The notes under the pieces: generated by a model | Database searches by the model: none | Seen by the model: only the letters and a program-made list of their open reading frames with translations | Told to the model about the DNA's origin: nothing | DNA from: a virus | Lineage: Duplodnaviria; Caudoviricetes | IMG/VR virus record: IMGVR_UViG_3300027924_001186 | Location: 14,574 to 78,573 of that record | Strand: one strand, 5' to 3' | DNA: 64,000 nucleotides | Shown: piece by piece, positions 19,422 through 29,392 of the stretch | Numbering within the stretch: the first letter of the stretch is position 1 | How the letters are laid out: the number at the start of each line of letters is the position of its first letter | Position numbers and translations under genes: made by a program

Positions 19422-19495
19422 GATAGCCTCCGTAATAGGTTATTGTGATTAGAATAAGGAGATGCTTCGAACCATCTCCTTATTTGTTATTTATA
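19404..19495 (+). repeat. HEG leader element, copy C
   Basis: Conserved core; hairpin AATAAGGAGATG/CATCTCCTTATT; TATTTATA 19488-19495. Confidence 0.9.
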
Positions 19496-19520
19496 TTATT
19501 AAATTTGATGAGGTGAAATT

Positions 19521-19784
19521 ATGACACGAGACGAATTTTACAAGAAATTAGAAGAAGGCGATCTCGAGGTAACCTTCGAGAAGAAGACCGATGGATCGAT
19601 TAGAACAATGAAATGTACCGCCAACGCGCCCGAATCCGATAAACCGGAAACCAGAAAAACATCCAAACCAGATACGCTAATCACGGTTTACGATACCGAA
19701 GCCAAAGGGTACAGAAGTTTCTACTCGGACAATATCAAGGAAGTGAAACCTCTTGATACCAACTTCGGTTTAATCCAGGAGTGA
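19521..19784 (+). CDS. Small SH3/WYL-like conserved phage protein
   Basis: VTFEKKTDGSIRTMKCT...ITVYDTEAKGYRSF. Confidence 0.75.
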   Translation: MTRDEFYKKLEEGDLEVTFEKKTDGSIRTMKCTANAPESDKPETRKTSKPDTLITVYDTEAKGYRSFYSDNIKEVKPLDTNFGLIQE

Positions 19785-19789
19785 TTTTT

Positions 19790-20424
19790 TTATAAGGACC
19801 GCGCTTTTTTCCAAGTTGTATACTACTGACAGATCTACCAATTTTTAATTTCGTTTCTTCGGAATGCGTATGTGATTTACCGTTGATTTGAAATACTAAT
19901 CTTTCGTTTGGTTTCTTCGGACATCATGATTCCGTTTATTATGCGCCGGTCTTCCGTTTTAAAGTATCACTAATCTTTCGTTTGGTTTTTTCTTTCAAAG
20001 TTTTCCCCTTCCTATTGGAAGGTTTTCCTTTTTTCGTTTCACTCATTTTTCGTTTAGTTTCTTTAGAGACCGAAAGATTCTTTTTAAGATTCTCGTAGAT
20101 CTTTGCTGTCACTTTATTCTTATTACCTTTTCCGATAAAAAACCAGAAAGACCTCGACATTGAAATGGAATCAGAAAACGCTTTCCACATAAGATGGTGG
20201 ATGATATAGTGGGCTTTAGCAGGAACCTTAAGAAGATTATCTGGTTCTTTAATCCATTCGGGTTTCCAGGACTTAGGAACGATATGATGACACTCGAAGC
20301 CTTCAGGTTTATCTTCGGGTTCGATAGAGATAAAGTAATTTAGAATCTTAATAAGACGGTTAAGATAATGAGAATTCGAGTTAGGTTGTTCGACAAGATA
20401 TTGAACATAAATACTTTTAGGCAT
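19790..20424 (-). CDS. Free-standing homing endonuclease D (HNH-like plus NUMOD3); raw ORF stops at 19939 but extends after frameshift correction
   Basis: MPKSIYVQYLVEQ...GFECHHIVPKSW; three C-before-GG insertions at 19840-19955 restore NUMOD3 repeats ending GKKRGPYKK. Confidence 0.8.
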
Positions 20425-20498
20425 GATAGCCTCCTAGAAAGGTTATTGTGATTAGGATATGGAGATGCTTGGAACCATCTCCATATCCGATATTTATA
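20407..20498 (+). repeat. HEG leader element, copy D
   Basis: Conserved core; hairpin GGATATGGAGATG/CATCTCCATATCC; TATTTATA 20491-20498. Confidence 0.9.
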
Positions 20499-20522
20499 AA
20501 TTACATTTACAGAGGAGTGATT

Positions 20523-20846
20523 ATGATACCTAAATTCGAAATTGTCGATGCTTCTACGGGGGAAAGCGGTAAACCGAATGTAAAAGTCGTCATCATTGAC
20601 GATGACAGATTTTTAGGCTATATCTTCGAATTTGCCGATATCAGTTTCGACCACGAATCCGACGGTATTGGTGTATCTTACGGATTGAATATAGATATTC
20701 ACAAGAACTATTTGCCCGTTTCGATTTCTGATGATCAAACCAAAGTTATCATGGAAACCGCTCAAGCCATTTTAGAAAAAATCATGACCGATTTTGTTGA
20801 AGCGCACAATCGTGGTGAGCTTGACAATATGGCGGAGATGGTGTAA
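20523..20846 (+). CDS. Hypothetical protein
   Basis: GAGGAG SD before ATG 20523. Confidence 0.7.
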   Translation: MIPKFEIVDASTGESGKPNVKVVIIDDDRFLGYIFEFADISFDHESDGIGVSYGLNIDIHKNYLPVSISDDQTKVIMETAQAILEKIMTDFVEAHNRGELDNMAEMV

Positions 20847-20849
20847 AAT
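20821..20849 (+). promoter_or_regulatory. Sigma70-type promoter for the 7-deazaguanine cluster
   Basis: TTGACA 20821-20826, 17-nt spacer, TG-TAAAAT 20844-20849. Confidence 0.7.
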
Positions 20850-20875
20850 TACAGAAACCAAAAGGAGGTACGACT

Positions 20876-21550
20876 ATGCCGTTGCTGCCATCAGAAAGAA
20901 TCGTTCAAAGATTACAAGAAGCCAACCTTCCATTCCACGCTAACGATAACATATCGAAAGTTCTCCACGAGAGCGATATCGCCGATCTAAAGAAGGAAGT
21001 GGAACAAAGAGTTTTGGAACTTCTTAAAAGTCTCGTTATCGATATCGATAACGACCATAATACCCACGACACGGCTCGAAGAGTCGCCAAGATGTATGTC
21101 GATGAAGTCTTTGCGGGACGATATAAGAAGCGCCCCGACATCACGGTATTCCCGAACATCAAGGATTTGGATGAACTCTACACTCTCGGTCCTATCAAGG
21201 TCAAGAGTGCATGCAGTCACCACTTCGTAGAGATAGAGGGGTATTGCTGGGTAGGTGTTTATCCTTCCGATATGGTTATCGGTATCTCTAAGATAGCGAG
21301 AATCGTCGATTGGGTTTGCCGCCGTCCTCATATCCAAGAAGAGATGAGCATCATCTTAGCTAACGAACTCGAGGAAATCATGAAACCCAAGGGTCTGGGT
21401 GTGGTCATCAGAGCCAAGCATCATTGCATGACATGGCGTGGTGTTAAAGAAGAAGCCTCCGAGATGGTTACCTCCGTGATGCGCGGTGCCTTGCGCGAAG
21501 ATACGCTCAAGACCGAATTCTTCAATCTAATCAAATCGCAAGGATTCTAA
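20876..21550 (+). CDS. folE: GTP cyclohydrolase I
   Basis: DTARRVAKMY, SACSHHF, GISKIARIV, QEEM, HHCMTWRGV. Confidence 0.95.
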   Translation: MPLLPSERIVQRLQEANLPFHANDNISKVLHESDIADLKKEVEQRVLELLKSLVIDIDNDHNTHDTARRVAKMYVDEVFAGRYKKRPDITVFPNIKDLDELYTLGPIKVKSACSHHFVEIEGYCWVGVYPSDMVIGISKIARIVDWVCRRPHIQEEMSIILANELEEIMKPKGLGVVIRAKHHCMTWRGVKEEASEMVTSVMRGALREDTLKTEFFNLIKSQGF

Positions 21551-21551
21551 T

Positions 21552-21896
21552 ATGAATGTCAGAAAGATTATATGGGTCACTTTTCAACGCGCGGGGTTTC
21601 ATAGATATCCGAATGCTCCAGAAGATGTCGGGTATCTGTCATCGAATCACAGACACTTATTCAAATTCAAGGTGGGCATCGAAGTCTTTCACGATGATAG
21701 GGAAATCGAGTTCCATCAGTTTCTAAGATGGTTAGAAAGTCTTTATGACAAGGCTCTAGTGCTCGACTACCGTTCCTGCGAAATGATTGCCGACGAATTG
21801 GCGGAAGTGATTAAGGGGCGATATCCTAATCGCGATATCGAGATCGATGTTTCGGAGGATGGCGAATGCGGTGTAACCGCCACTTACCAGAAGTGA
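21552..21896 (+). CDS. queD: QueD-like 6-carboxytetrahydropterin synthase (phage type)
   Basis: GFHRYP...HRHLFKF...DREIEF...SCEMIA...VSEDGECG; lies between folE and dpdA. Confidence 0.85.
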   Translation: MNVRKIIWVTFQRAGFHRYPNAPEDVGYLSSNHRHLFKFKVGIEVFHDDREIEFHQFLRWLESLYDKALVLDYRSCEMIADELAEVIKGRYPNRDIEIDVSEDGECGVTATYQK

Positions 21897-21899
21897 TAG

Positions 21900-22614
21900 T
21901 TAATCGTCAACCGTCTTTTTAACTTTCGGCTTACCTTTCAGTGCCATAGATATTCGTCTTTTATGCTCTTCCGAACGCGGTTTGCCGCCGAGAGATAGAT
22001 TTAATTCGTATATACGAGGATCATCTGGCATCAGAAAATAATCGCGTTTACCATCGTTATATACTTTGGTCCCTTTAATACTTGACGGTGTTCCTTTAAG
22101 TTTCTCGGATAGATATTTTTTATGTTCGTCGGTAACAGGAATACCTTTATTCCACGGAGTACATCCTTTATGTGCGGCACTCATGTTTTTAAGAGTTTCT
22201 TCGGATGGCTTCCATCCCTTTTTGCTTCTTGATATTTTTTCGCATGATTCGGGTGTGTGCTTGTTACCTTTATGGGATAAAGACATTCGTTTTCGAGTTT
22301 CTTCGGTGTGTCCGGGTGCAGATGAATTTACCATCTGCTTGACTTTTATTCAACCAACGTTCACTATCAATAACATTTAGTCTTCTTAAAACTTTATGTT
22401 CCCAAAAACGAGCGTCGGATTGAGATAAAAAGGTTCGTCTGATTTCTATCACATCTGGCTCTCCGTGCTCTTCTCGAAAGGCTCGAACAATTTTTGAAGA
22501 GGTGAAATAAGTGGTCCATAAATCTTTAGGAAAACAGCCTTTAGCATATCTCGAGCCATAGTACCATCTATTATGGGCAGTCCACCCAATCAAATAAGTA
22601 AAAGGTATAAACAT
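21900..22614 (-). CDS. Free-standing homing endonuclease (GIY-YIG-like plus NUMOD3), one apparent frameshift
   Basis: MFIPFTYLIGW...YYGSRY; extra base at 22314 joins the two track ORFs (FICT/GHTEETRKRMS); minus-strand TATAAATA at 22644-22651. Confidence 0.8.
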
Positions 22615-22677
22615 GATTAAATCCTCATTAAGTAAGATAGTGCTATTTATAGAATCAGATACAAGGGTGCATAATAA

Positions 22678-24078
22678 ATGAAAAATGTAATAAATTCAAA
22701 GACTTCCGAGTTCGTTTTCAGTGCGCCATCTTATTTGAGAATCATAACTCACGGTCGATTAAGAACCGTTCCGAGTTTGAAGGAACTGACAGATACTATC
22801 GTAACCGACGGGATTATGAGAATCAAAGAAGAGTTAAAAGAGATCGATTATCCGATGATGATCAGTATACTTTTCAATGCCTTTACCGAGAAGAATTATC
22901 TCGAAAGAATACTGACATCGGGCAAATTCGGGTTCGATAGAGTCTATGCCGATTCCGGTGGATTGCAGATGATCACTCTCGGGCTAACAGCCAACCATCA
23001 AGCCAAGCAGGATGTCTATGCTATTCAGGCTAAAACCGATTTAGCCATGTGCTTCGATGAAATACCCATCAAGAATGAGAAGATGGTGGGACGAGCCGGG
23101 TATCTGGATAAGGTCTTCATGTATGAAGAACACGCCAAATGCGCGAAAGAGACCTGCTATAACGTGATATCGCAAATAGACTACTTCAGAAAAGTCGGTT
23201 CCGCGACTAAGGTATTCTTCATCGTTCAAGGCAACACCTATAGCGATATGAGCGAGTGGTTCGAAATAGCCACCAAGACGATTCCCAAAGATTACTGGGA
23301 TCAAATCGGAGGTTTAGCTATCGGAGGTGTCTGCTTGGGATACGGGCAACGAGAAGATGTCGAGAAGATTGCTATCTATCGTCAGTTAAGAGACGACTTC
23401 GGTGTCGAGTATACCAAGAAGCATCTGCATATCTTGGGTGTCGGATCCGTTATGCGTTTGCAACCTCTAATCATCCTGCGAAATACGGGACTGGTTCCCG
23501 AAGATACCCATGTCTCTTATGACTCCACCACCTTGAGTATGGCGTATACCTACGGTAACTTCATGAACAAGGATGGGGATATCCAAAGAGATACTCCACT
23601 ATGGGAGAAGAACTTCCGACATTATTACGACACTATCACACCTATCTATCTTGATTACGGGTATACTCAAGATGAGATCGATTCCTATTATAACCGTACG
23701 GTTAAGGATATGCTATGTCATGAGAAGATCTATAGCGATCATGAAGATGATCGCTTAAGAGTTTTTCATCATTGTTTTTCTGCTCTATCGAATGTTCATC
23801 AAATCATCAATTTTACGCATAACCTATATCGCATTTATAAGAATTGGGATAAAGGTAACGACCCTATCGGAATGTTGAAGGTGGTTAAGAGTATCGATGA
23901 CTTCTATGAGTGGGAGAAAGTATATGGGCCGCTGGTTCCATCGAAACGACTCACTCGAAAGAAAGTTTCCTTACTCGAAGAGCTGGTTGATAGTAGAGCG
24001 AGTGGAGAAAAGGTGTTGATGCCGAAAGTAACCAATAAACGTTCGAAAGCAACGCTATCTGATTTTTGGGAGGATTGA
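22678..24078 (+). CDS. dpdA: DpdA-like DNA guanine transglycosylase (TGT fold)
   Basis: YADSGGLQM, AMCFDEIP, FIVQG, HLHILGVG, SYDSTT; located inside the folE-queD-queE cluster. Confidence 0.85.
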   Translation: MKNVINSKTSEFVFSAPSYLRIITHGRLRTVPSLKELTDTIVTDGIMRIKEELKEIDYPMMISILFNAFTEKNYLERILTSGKFGFDRVYADSGGLQMITLGLTANHQAKQDVYAIQAKTDLAMCFDEIPIKNEKMVGRAGYLDKVFMYEEHAKCAKETCYNVISQIDYFRKVGSATKVFFIVQGNTYSDMSEWFEIATKTIPKDYWDQIGGLAIGGVCLGYGQREDVEKIAIYRQLRDDFGVEYTKKHLHILGVGSVMRLQPLIILRNTGLVPEDTHVSYDSTTLSMAYTYGNFMNKDGDIQRDTPLWEKNFRHYYDTITPIYLDYGYTQDEIDSYYNRTVKDMLCHEKIYSDHEDDRLRVFHHCFSALSNVHQIINFTHNLYRIYKNWDKGNDPIGMLKVVKSIDDFYEWEKVYGPLVPSKRLTRKKVSLLEELVDSRASGEKVLMPKVTNKRSKATLSDFWED

Positions 24079-24977
24079 TGAAAATTAGACTATCCGAGAT
24101 TTTTGCAAGTGTGCAGGGTGAAGGTAGATTCACCGGAATGCCTACGATATTCGTAAGGTTTTTTGGTTGTAATCTGAAATGCGATGGGTTCGGACAGAAA
24201 TGCCCGACAGATCCGTCGACGTATATCTTACCTTATAAGGACTTGGACATTTCGAAATATAAGTCTATGTCCGAGTTGCCGGTATTCGAGTATGGCTGCG
24301 ATTCTTCTTACTCGTGGTCTCCACGTTTTAAGAGTCTGGCTAAAGATTATAGCGCGTCTGAAGTGGTCGATGAGATTATCAGGATCGGTAAAGAAGATCT
24401 CGGGCTTAGATTAGTTGCGGACGACAATCATATAGATAACTGGTTACATCTTCAAACCAGAATGCCGGCTCAAATCTGCTTTACCGGTGGTGAGCCTATG
24501 CTCAATCAGATAGCGATGGATGCTATCTTATTAGAGCTGGAGGAGAGGAGATTGAATCCCATACAAGTCACTATCGAGACTAATGCTACTCAGGAATTGG
24601 ATGATTTTAGATCCAATCTCTATACCAAGCACGTTCATATGAGCTGTTCGCCTAAACTCTATACAGTGAGCGGAGAAGCGAATGCTATCGATTTCGGTGT
24701 GCTGGCTTCTTATATCACCTATGCGGACTCGGGTGCCATTAAGTTCGTTCATAACGGTAGTCAGGAAGCATGGGATGAGATCGATTCGAAGATGGATACG
24801 ATTAGAGATCTTATCAGAGGCGAGCCTTGGCAACTCTGGATCATGCCTGCTCATGCTACATTAGAGGCAGCGGGCTCGGATTATATCGGCCCTTTATGTA
24901 ATGAAGCATTAAAAAGAGGTTTTTGGATTAGTCTTCGAATGCATGTTTATGCTTTTGGAAATGTGGTTGGTAAATAA
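24078..24977 (+). CDS. queE: 7-carboxy-7-deazaguanine synthase (radical SAM)
   Basis: SEIFASVQGEG, FVRFFGCNLKCDGF...CD, FTGGEPML, TIETN, SCSPKL. Confidence 0.92.
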   Translation: MKIRLSEIFASVQGEGRFTGMPTIFVRFFGCNLKCDGFGQKCPTDPSTYILPYKDLDISKYKSMSELPVFEYGCDSSYSWSPRFKSLAKDYSASEVVDEIIRIGKEDLGLRLVADDNHIDNWLHLQTRMPAQICFTGGEPMLNQIAMDAILLELEERRLNPIQVTIETNATQELDDFRSNLYTKHVHMSCSPKLYTVSGEANAIDFGVLASYITYADSGAIKFVHNGSQEAWDEIDSKMDTIRDLIRGEPWQLWIMPAHATLEAAGSDYIGPLCNEALKRGFWISLRMHVYAFGNVVGK

Positions 24978-25589
24978 TACCATCCTATATCATTTGTATT
25001 CTTACCGACATCAGATAGAGAGAATAAAGACTTATTTTTCACTCTGTTGAATGCTCCTTGTGTTAGAACGACGCCGTCGAACCACCCTTTCAATGTTCCA
25101 AAATCGCCGATATCGAGTTGTTTTCTAGTCAATGCCATACTGGGGAAAATACCAAAAGGGGTATGTATAAGATGCGTTTGTTTGGCTTGTTGAAATCGGT
25201 ACTCGTTAGATTTACGGTATTCTTTTTCTTGAATTCTTGAGTGGTGTATTTTCCATGCTTCTTTTTGTTTAGTGCATCTATGTTTGATGATCTCGTCGGT
25301 TATATGGTTCCAACCACCATCAAGTTCTTCGATTTTAAGATTCGCCCATTTAGAACTCTTAACGATATCGTTTTCTTGGCTAAATCGTATAGCAGTTTCT
25401 TTACATAGAACAATATCCTGAAACGCACCAAGAATTTCTGTGGATATGTCGTAACCGTGCTTTTCAAGATGTCTTTTCCAATACTTACCTGATCCGTTAT
25501 ACTTGAAAGGATCTCTTGTAGTTTTACCAAAATACTTTAACCCTGTTTGATTATGGGTTTTTTATGTAAAGATAGATAATTTCTTTCAT
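24947..25589 (-). CDS. Free-standing GIY-YIG (Seg-like) endonuclease with a homopolymer frameshift
   Basis: MKEIIYLYIK/THNQTGLKYFGKT...YNGSGKYW; one extra base in the T6 run near 25560. Confidence 0.75.
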
Positions 25590-25702
25590 GCTGCTATATC
25601 TCCTGTTAGATTAGTAGAGCCCTCAGATGGTGAGACATCGTGGAGGGCACCATTACTTATGGAGGCTAATATGCTTTTCATTCCGAAAGTGGGAACTTAA
25701 CT

Positions 25703-27109
25703 ATGGACGACATATCTCTAGAAGATGTGGTCCTCCAAAATCTGATAACTAACGATACATTCTTAAGAAAAGCCATCCCATATATCAAGGAAGAGTATTT
25801 TGCGGATCATGTCAATCGTTGTATCTTTCGAGCGCTCAACGCTTACTTTCAGAAGAACAACCAGGTTCCTAATCAAGCCATTCTCGCGATAGAAACCAAG
25901 GAAGACGATAAAATATCGCACAAAGATATCGATGGTGTATTAAAAACCATCGGTAATATCTATCAAAGCGAGATGGTGAGCGATACCGAATGGCTATCGA
26001 AGTCGGCGGAGAAATGGTGTCAAGATAGAGAGATGTATCTTTCCATCGTAAAAGCTATCGCGATCTACGATGGCACCGATAAGTCTTTACTACCTTCCGC
26101 TATCCCGGATATGATGAAGAATGCTCTGTCGGTCTCATTTAATACGAGCATCGGATTTGATTGGATGGATGACTCGGAAGATAGATATGATCGTTATGAG
26201 TTGCCGCAGAATAAGATACCTTTCGATCTCGAAACTCTGAACGACATCACTCTAGGAGGAGTCACTCGAAAGACGCTATCTTTGATTCTTGCCGGTGTTC
26301 ACGTAGGTAAGACTCTATCTCTTGTTCACTTAGCAGCCGGTTATGCTCGTTTGGGTTATCAGGTTCTCTATATCTCGATGGAGATGGATGAAAACGAGAT
26401 CTTGCATCGAATAGATGCCAATATGATTAAGACTCCCATGCACCTTATCAGGGATCTCGGCAAATCGAAGTTCATGAAGAGAATGGATCATATCAAGGAA
26501 AAAGGCTATGGGAGGATCAAAGTAATTCAGTTTCCCACCTCGGCTGCTCATGTGGGGCATTTCAAGAATACCATCAACGAACTGAATATGAAGATGACCT
26601 GGATGCCCGATGTCGTCATGGTCGATTATATAGGGTGCGTGGCGTCTAATCGAATCAAGGTTGGATCGACTAATAGCCATTTCTATCTGAAGAGCGTAGC
26701 CGAAGAGATAAGAGCCATGGCTATCGAGTATAACATCGCTTGCTGGAGTGCGATGCAGCTCACTCGATCGGGTATGGGTTCTAATGATGTAGAGATGACG
26801 GACATCGCGGAATCTATAGGTATTCCCGGAGTTTGCGATCTCATGCTAGCAGGAATGCGTAATGAAGAAACCGACTCAATCGGGCAGATAATTTTCAAGC
26901 AACTCAAAAACAGATTTAGAAAGATGCAGTATCGACCCAAGTTCGTTTTAGGGTGCGACTTTGATGAGCAGCTTTTTTATGACCTATCTCAAAGCGAACA
27001 AACCCTGGTTGCAGATACGGCAGCCGTTCAAATCGATTCCGCGAAGATCCAGGAGAAGTTCCAAGCTAATAAGAGAAGAAAGGGTCGCTTCGAGAATGTC
27101 GAAGTTTAA
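25703..27109 (+). CDS. gp41: DnaB-like replicative helicase
   Basis: KIPFDL, LAGVHVGKT, YISMEM, MVDYIG, SAMQLTRSG, ESIG. Confidence 0.95.
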   Translation: MDDISLEDVVLQNLITNDTFLRKAIPYIKEEYFADHVNRCIFRALNAYFQKNNQVPNQAILAIETKEDDKISHKDIDGVLKTIGNIYQSEMVSDTEWLSKSAEKWCQDREMYLSIVKAIAIYDGTDKSLLPSAIPDMMKNALSVSFNTSIGFDWMDDSEDRYDRYELPQNKIPFDLETLNDITLGGVTRKTLSLILAGVHVGKTLSLVHLAAGYARLGYQVLYISMEMDENEILHRIDANMIKTPMHLIRDLGKSKFMKRMDHIKEKGYGRIKVIQFPTSAAHVGHFKNTINELNMKMTWMPDVVMVDYIGCVASNRIKVGSTNSHFYLKSVAEEIRAMAIEYNIACWSAMQLTRSGMGSNDVEMTDIAESIGIPGVCDLMLAGMRNEETDSIGQIIFKQLKNRFRKMQYRPKFVLGCDFDEQLFYDLSQSEQTLVADTAAVQIDSAKIQEKFQANKRRKGRFENVEV

Positions 27110-27133
27110 GCTCTACCTTTCACGGAGGCTATT

Positions 27134-27776
27134 ATGCCTAAGACTATTTATACACCTTTCACCTATCTAATACGGTTGGAAGCAACACGATAGATGGTAT
27201 TATGGAGTTCGATACGCACGAAACTGTCATCCCGATGATCTTTGGACTTCTTATTTCACCTCTTCGAAGTATGTTCGAGCCTTTCGAGAAGAGAATGGAG
27301 AGCCAGATGTAATCGAGATACGACAGACTTTTAATGATCCATTTCAAGCCCGTGAATGGGAGCATAAGGTTTTAAAACGACTTAAAGTGATTCAAGACGG
27401 GAAATGGTTGAATAAAGGAACAGGAAAAGCAATACCGATTTTAATAGGCAGAGAAAATGGAAACTTTGGTAGAAAACATACTAATGAAGTTAAGCAAACC
27501 ATTTCTCTTACTCATAAAGGAAAAACAATATCTTTAGAACATCGAAGGAAATTGAGTCTATTTAATAGTGGTGAAGGAAACCCTAATTATGGAAAGAAGC
27601 ATACAGATGAGGCTAAAAGAAAAATATCTGAAGCAAGCAAAAGAAGAAAGATTACAGAAGAAACCCGTTTGAAAATGAGCGAATCTCATAAAGGTAAGCC
27701 AAAAAGTTCAGAACATAAAATGAAGATAGGCAACTCACACCGAGGGATGAAATATGTTAAAAAAAGACATAATTGA
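27134..27776 (+). CDS. Free-standing homing endonuclease (GIY-YIG-like plus NUMOD3), sense orientation, one apparent frameshift
   Basis: MPKTIYTPFTYLI/GWKQHDRWYYGVRY; extra C at 27173. Confidence 0.8.
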
Positions 27777-28329
27777 CTTCGTATATCAAAATGGCATTAT
27801 CCAGTTAGGCACGGTTATTTTAAAAAATGGATCATATTCGGATCACTTTTATAACTTCGGTAGAGTAGATACACCCGATGCTCTTTTCCATCTATCCAAG
27901 TGGTTGGTAGAATTAGTCGCCGACATCGAGTTCGATGCGGTCTTCACTTCGGCTTATAAGGGCATCGTCGTTCAAACCGGATTCGCTTTGGAATACGGTT
28001 ACCAGTATCCTTTCAAGAAAATCAGATTCGGTTATCAGCGAAAAGAGGATAAGCCGCATGGAGAAGAAGGGAAGATTGTCGGTTACCAACCGAAGAAAGG
28101 AGATAGGGTACTTTTGCTGGATGATGTTTTCACCACCGGTTATAGCATCGAAGAGATGGTGAAATTCTTAAAGAGCAACGGCGCCATTCCGGTGCTGGTG
28201 GCGGTCTCGATACTTCGTGCAGACGAAAAACTATTCTCCAAATTCAAGAAACAAATCGATATCCCTATTCGTTATTTCATTCACGATGATGAGATAACGG
28301 CAGTTTATAATCAGTATAGAGGAAGATGA
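27754..28329 (+). CDS. pyrE: Orotate phosphoribosyltransferase
   Basis: LKNGSYSDHFYNFG, AYKGI, RKEDKPHGEEG, LLDDVFTTG. Confidence 0.9.
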   Translation: MLKKDIIDFVYQNGIIQLGTVILKNGSYSDHFYNFGRVDTPDALFHLSKWLVELVADIEFDAVFTSAYKGIVVQTGFALEYGYQYPFKKIRFGYQRKEDKPHGEEGKIVGYQPKKGDRVLLLDDVFTTGYSIEEMVKFLKSNGAIPVLVAVSILRADEKLFSKFKKQIDIPIRYFIHDDEITAVYNQYRGR

Positions 28330-28330
28330 G

Positions 28331-28625
28331 ATGAAAAGGTTACTTTTAGTCGGTTTGCTGCTATATTCTACCCTCACTTCAGCACAGGGTTATGGACCGC
28401 CCCCAGATTGGAATCACCATCGAAACTATCCGGAAGGTAGGTACCACCGTCCGCCGCCCGCCCAGCACGCCGCCACCACCGCCCCCGGCGCGTTTTCATG
28501 AACACCATCGATATGAAAGGCATAACTATCATGGTCAGCCTCCGGTTTGGTCATGCAACTGGAGCGGCAGGTACGGCTGGGGTTGTCGCGTTTGGCATAC
28601 TGAACCCCACTATCGCCGCTGGTAA
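28331..28625 (+). CDS. Exported Pro/His-rich small protein (apparent +1 frameshift at 28460)
   Basis: Signal peptide MKRLLLVGLLLYSTLTSA; removing the G after CC joins it to the PSTPPPPPP...WRRW-like tail of ORF 28392-28625. Confidence 0.6.
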
Positions 28626-28628
28626 GGT

Positions 28629-28706
28629 GTAACATCTTCGTGGAAATATTTTTCCTGAGCGGCTTGACTTTTGGCTCCTGGTCTGCTATACTATGCACAT
28701 CAAGTA
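28629..28706 (+). promoter_or_regulatory. Sigma70-type early promoter, copy 3
   Basis: TTGACT 28664-28669, 17-nt spacer, TATACT 28687-28692; same flanking motifs as copies 1 and 2. Confidence 0.85.
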
Positions 28707-28732
28707 GGAAAACACACCGGAGCCCGAACACA

Positions 28733-29062
28733 ATGAACGTAGCCGAAATCCGCAACACCCTGAAGAACGCCGCCGCCGCGCAGGTACAGCAGTACCCACA
28801 GTACCGCGGTCACTTCGAGGATTATGTGCTGGTGCGGGCTCGCAAGAATGTGAAATCGAAGATGGGGCTGTCGTTCGTGAAAGACGAGGTAGCGATTGCC
28901 CGCCCCGTTGTTTATGAAGACCAGCGCACTCTCCCGAGTGGTCGTGTAAAGACTTACTTCACCATCGTAGTGTGGTCCTTGACCAATCGCTGCGATACTC
29001 ATGTTATCCTGGATGAGATCCAGATTCTCGAAGACGTCAAACTGTCCCGCGATACGCTCTAA
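28733..29062 (+). CDS. Hypothetical early protein
   Basis: Downstream of the early promoter; GGAG SD. Confidence 0.7.
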   Translation: MNVAEIRNTLKNAAAAQVQQYPQYRGHFEDYVLVRARKNVKSKMGLSFVKDEVAIARPVVYEDQRTLPSGRVKTYFTIVVWSLTNRCDTHVILDEIQILEDVKLSRDTL

Positions 29063-29074
29063 TTGGAGATAGCG

Positions 29075-29392
29075 ATGATTACTTTGAAGCGCGCCTTTGC
29101 CGAATACCTTGAAACCCAAGTAACCGACTCGGTCTTCGAAGAGGACCTTAGCACCAACCAGTATTTTTGCTGGTCTATCCCGCACCAGCAAAAATTCACG
29201 GTACAAAACTGGCTCGGAGAGTATATGGGAACTGGGGTGATCCAAACGAAACGCTATGTCTGGTTGGGCAACAAGGGTGCGGTTTATGTGACTAAAACCA
29301 ATAAGTTCGAGAAGAAGCACGCCAGTGATACTAGCGTGCATCATGACATGAAGAAATGGGTTTGGAAGAAGTATTTTAACATCGACCTATGA
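29075..29392 (+). CDS. Hypothetical protein
   Basis: GGAG SD before ATG 29075. Confidence 0.65.
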   Translation: MITLKRAFAEYLETQVTDSVFEEDLSTNQYFCWSIPHQQKFTVQNWLGEYMGTGVIQTKRYVWLGNKGAVYVTKTNKFEKKHASDTSVHHDMKKWVWKKYFNIDL

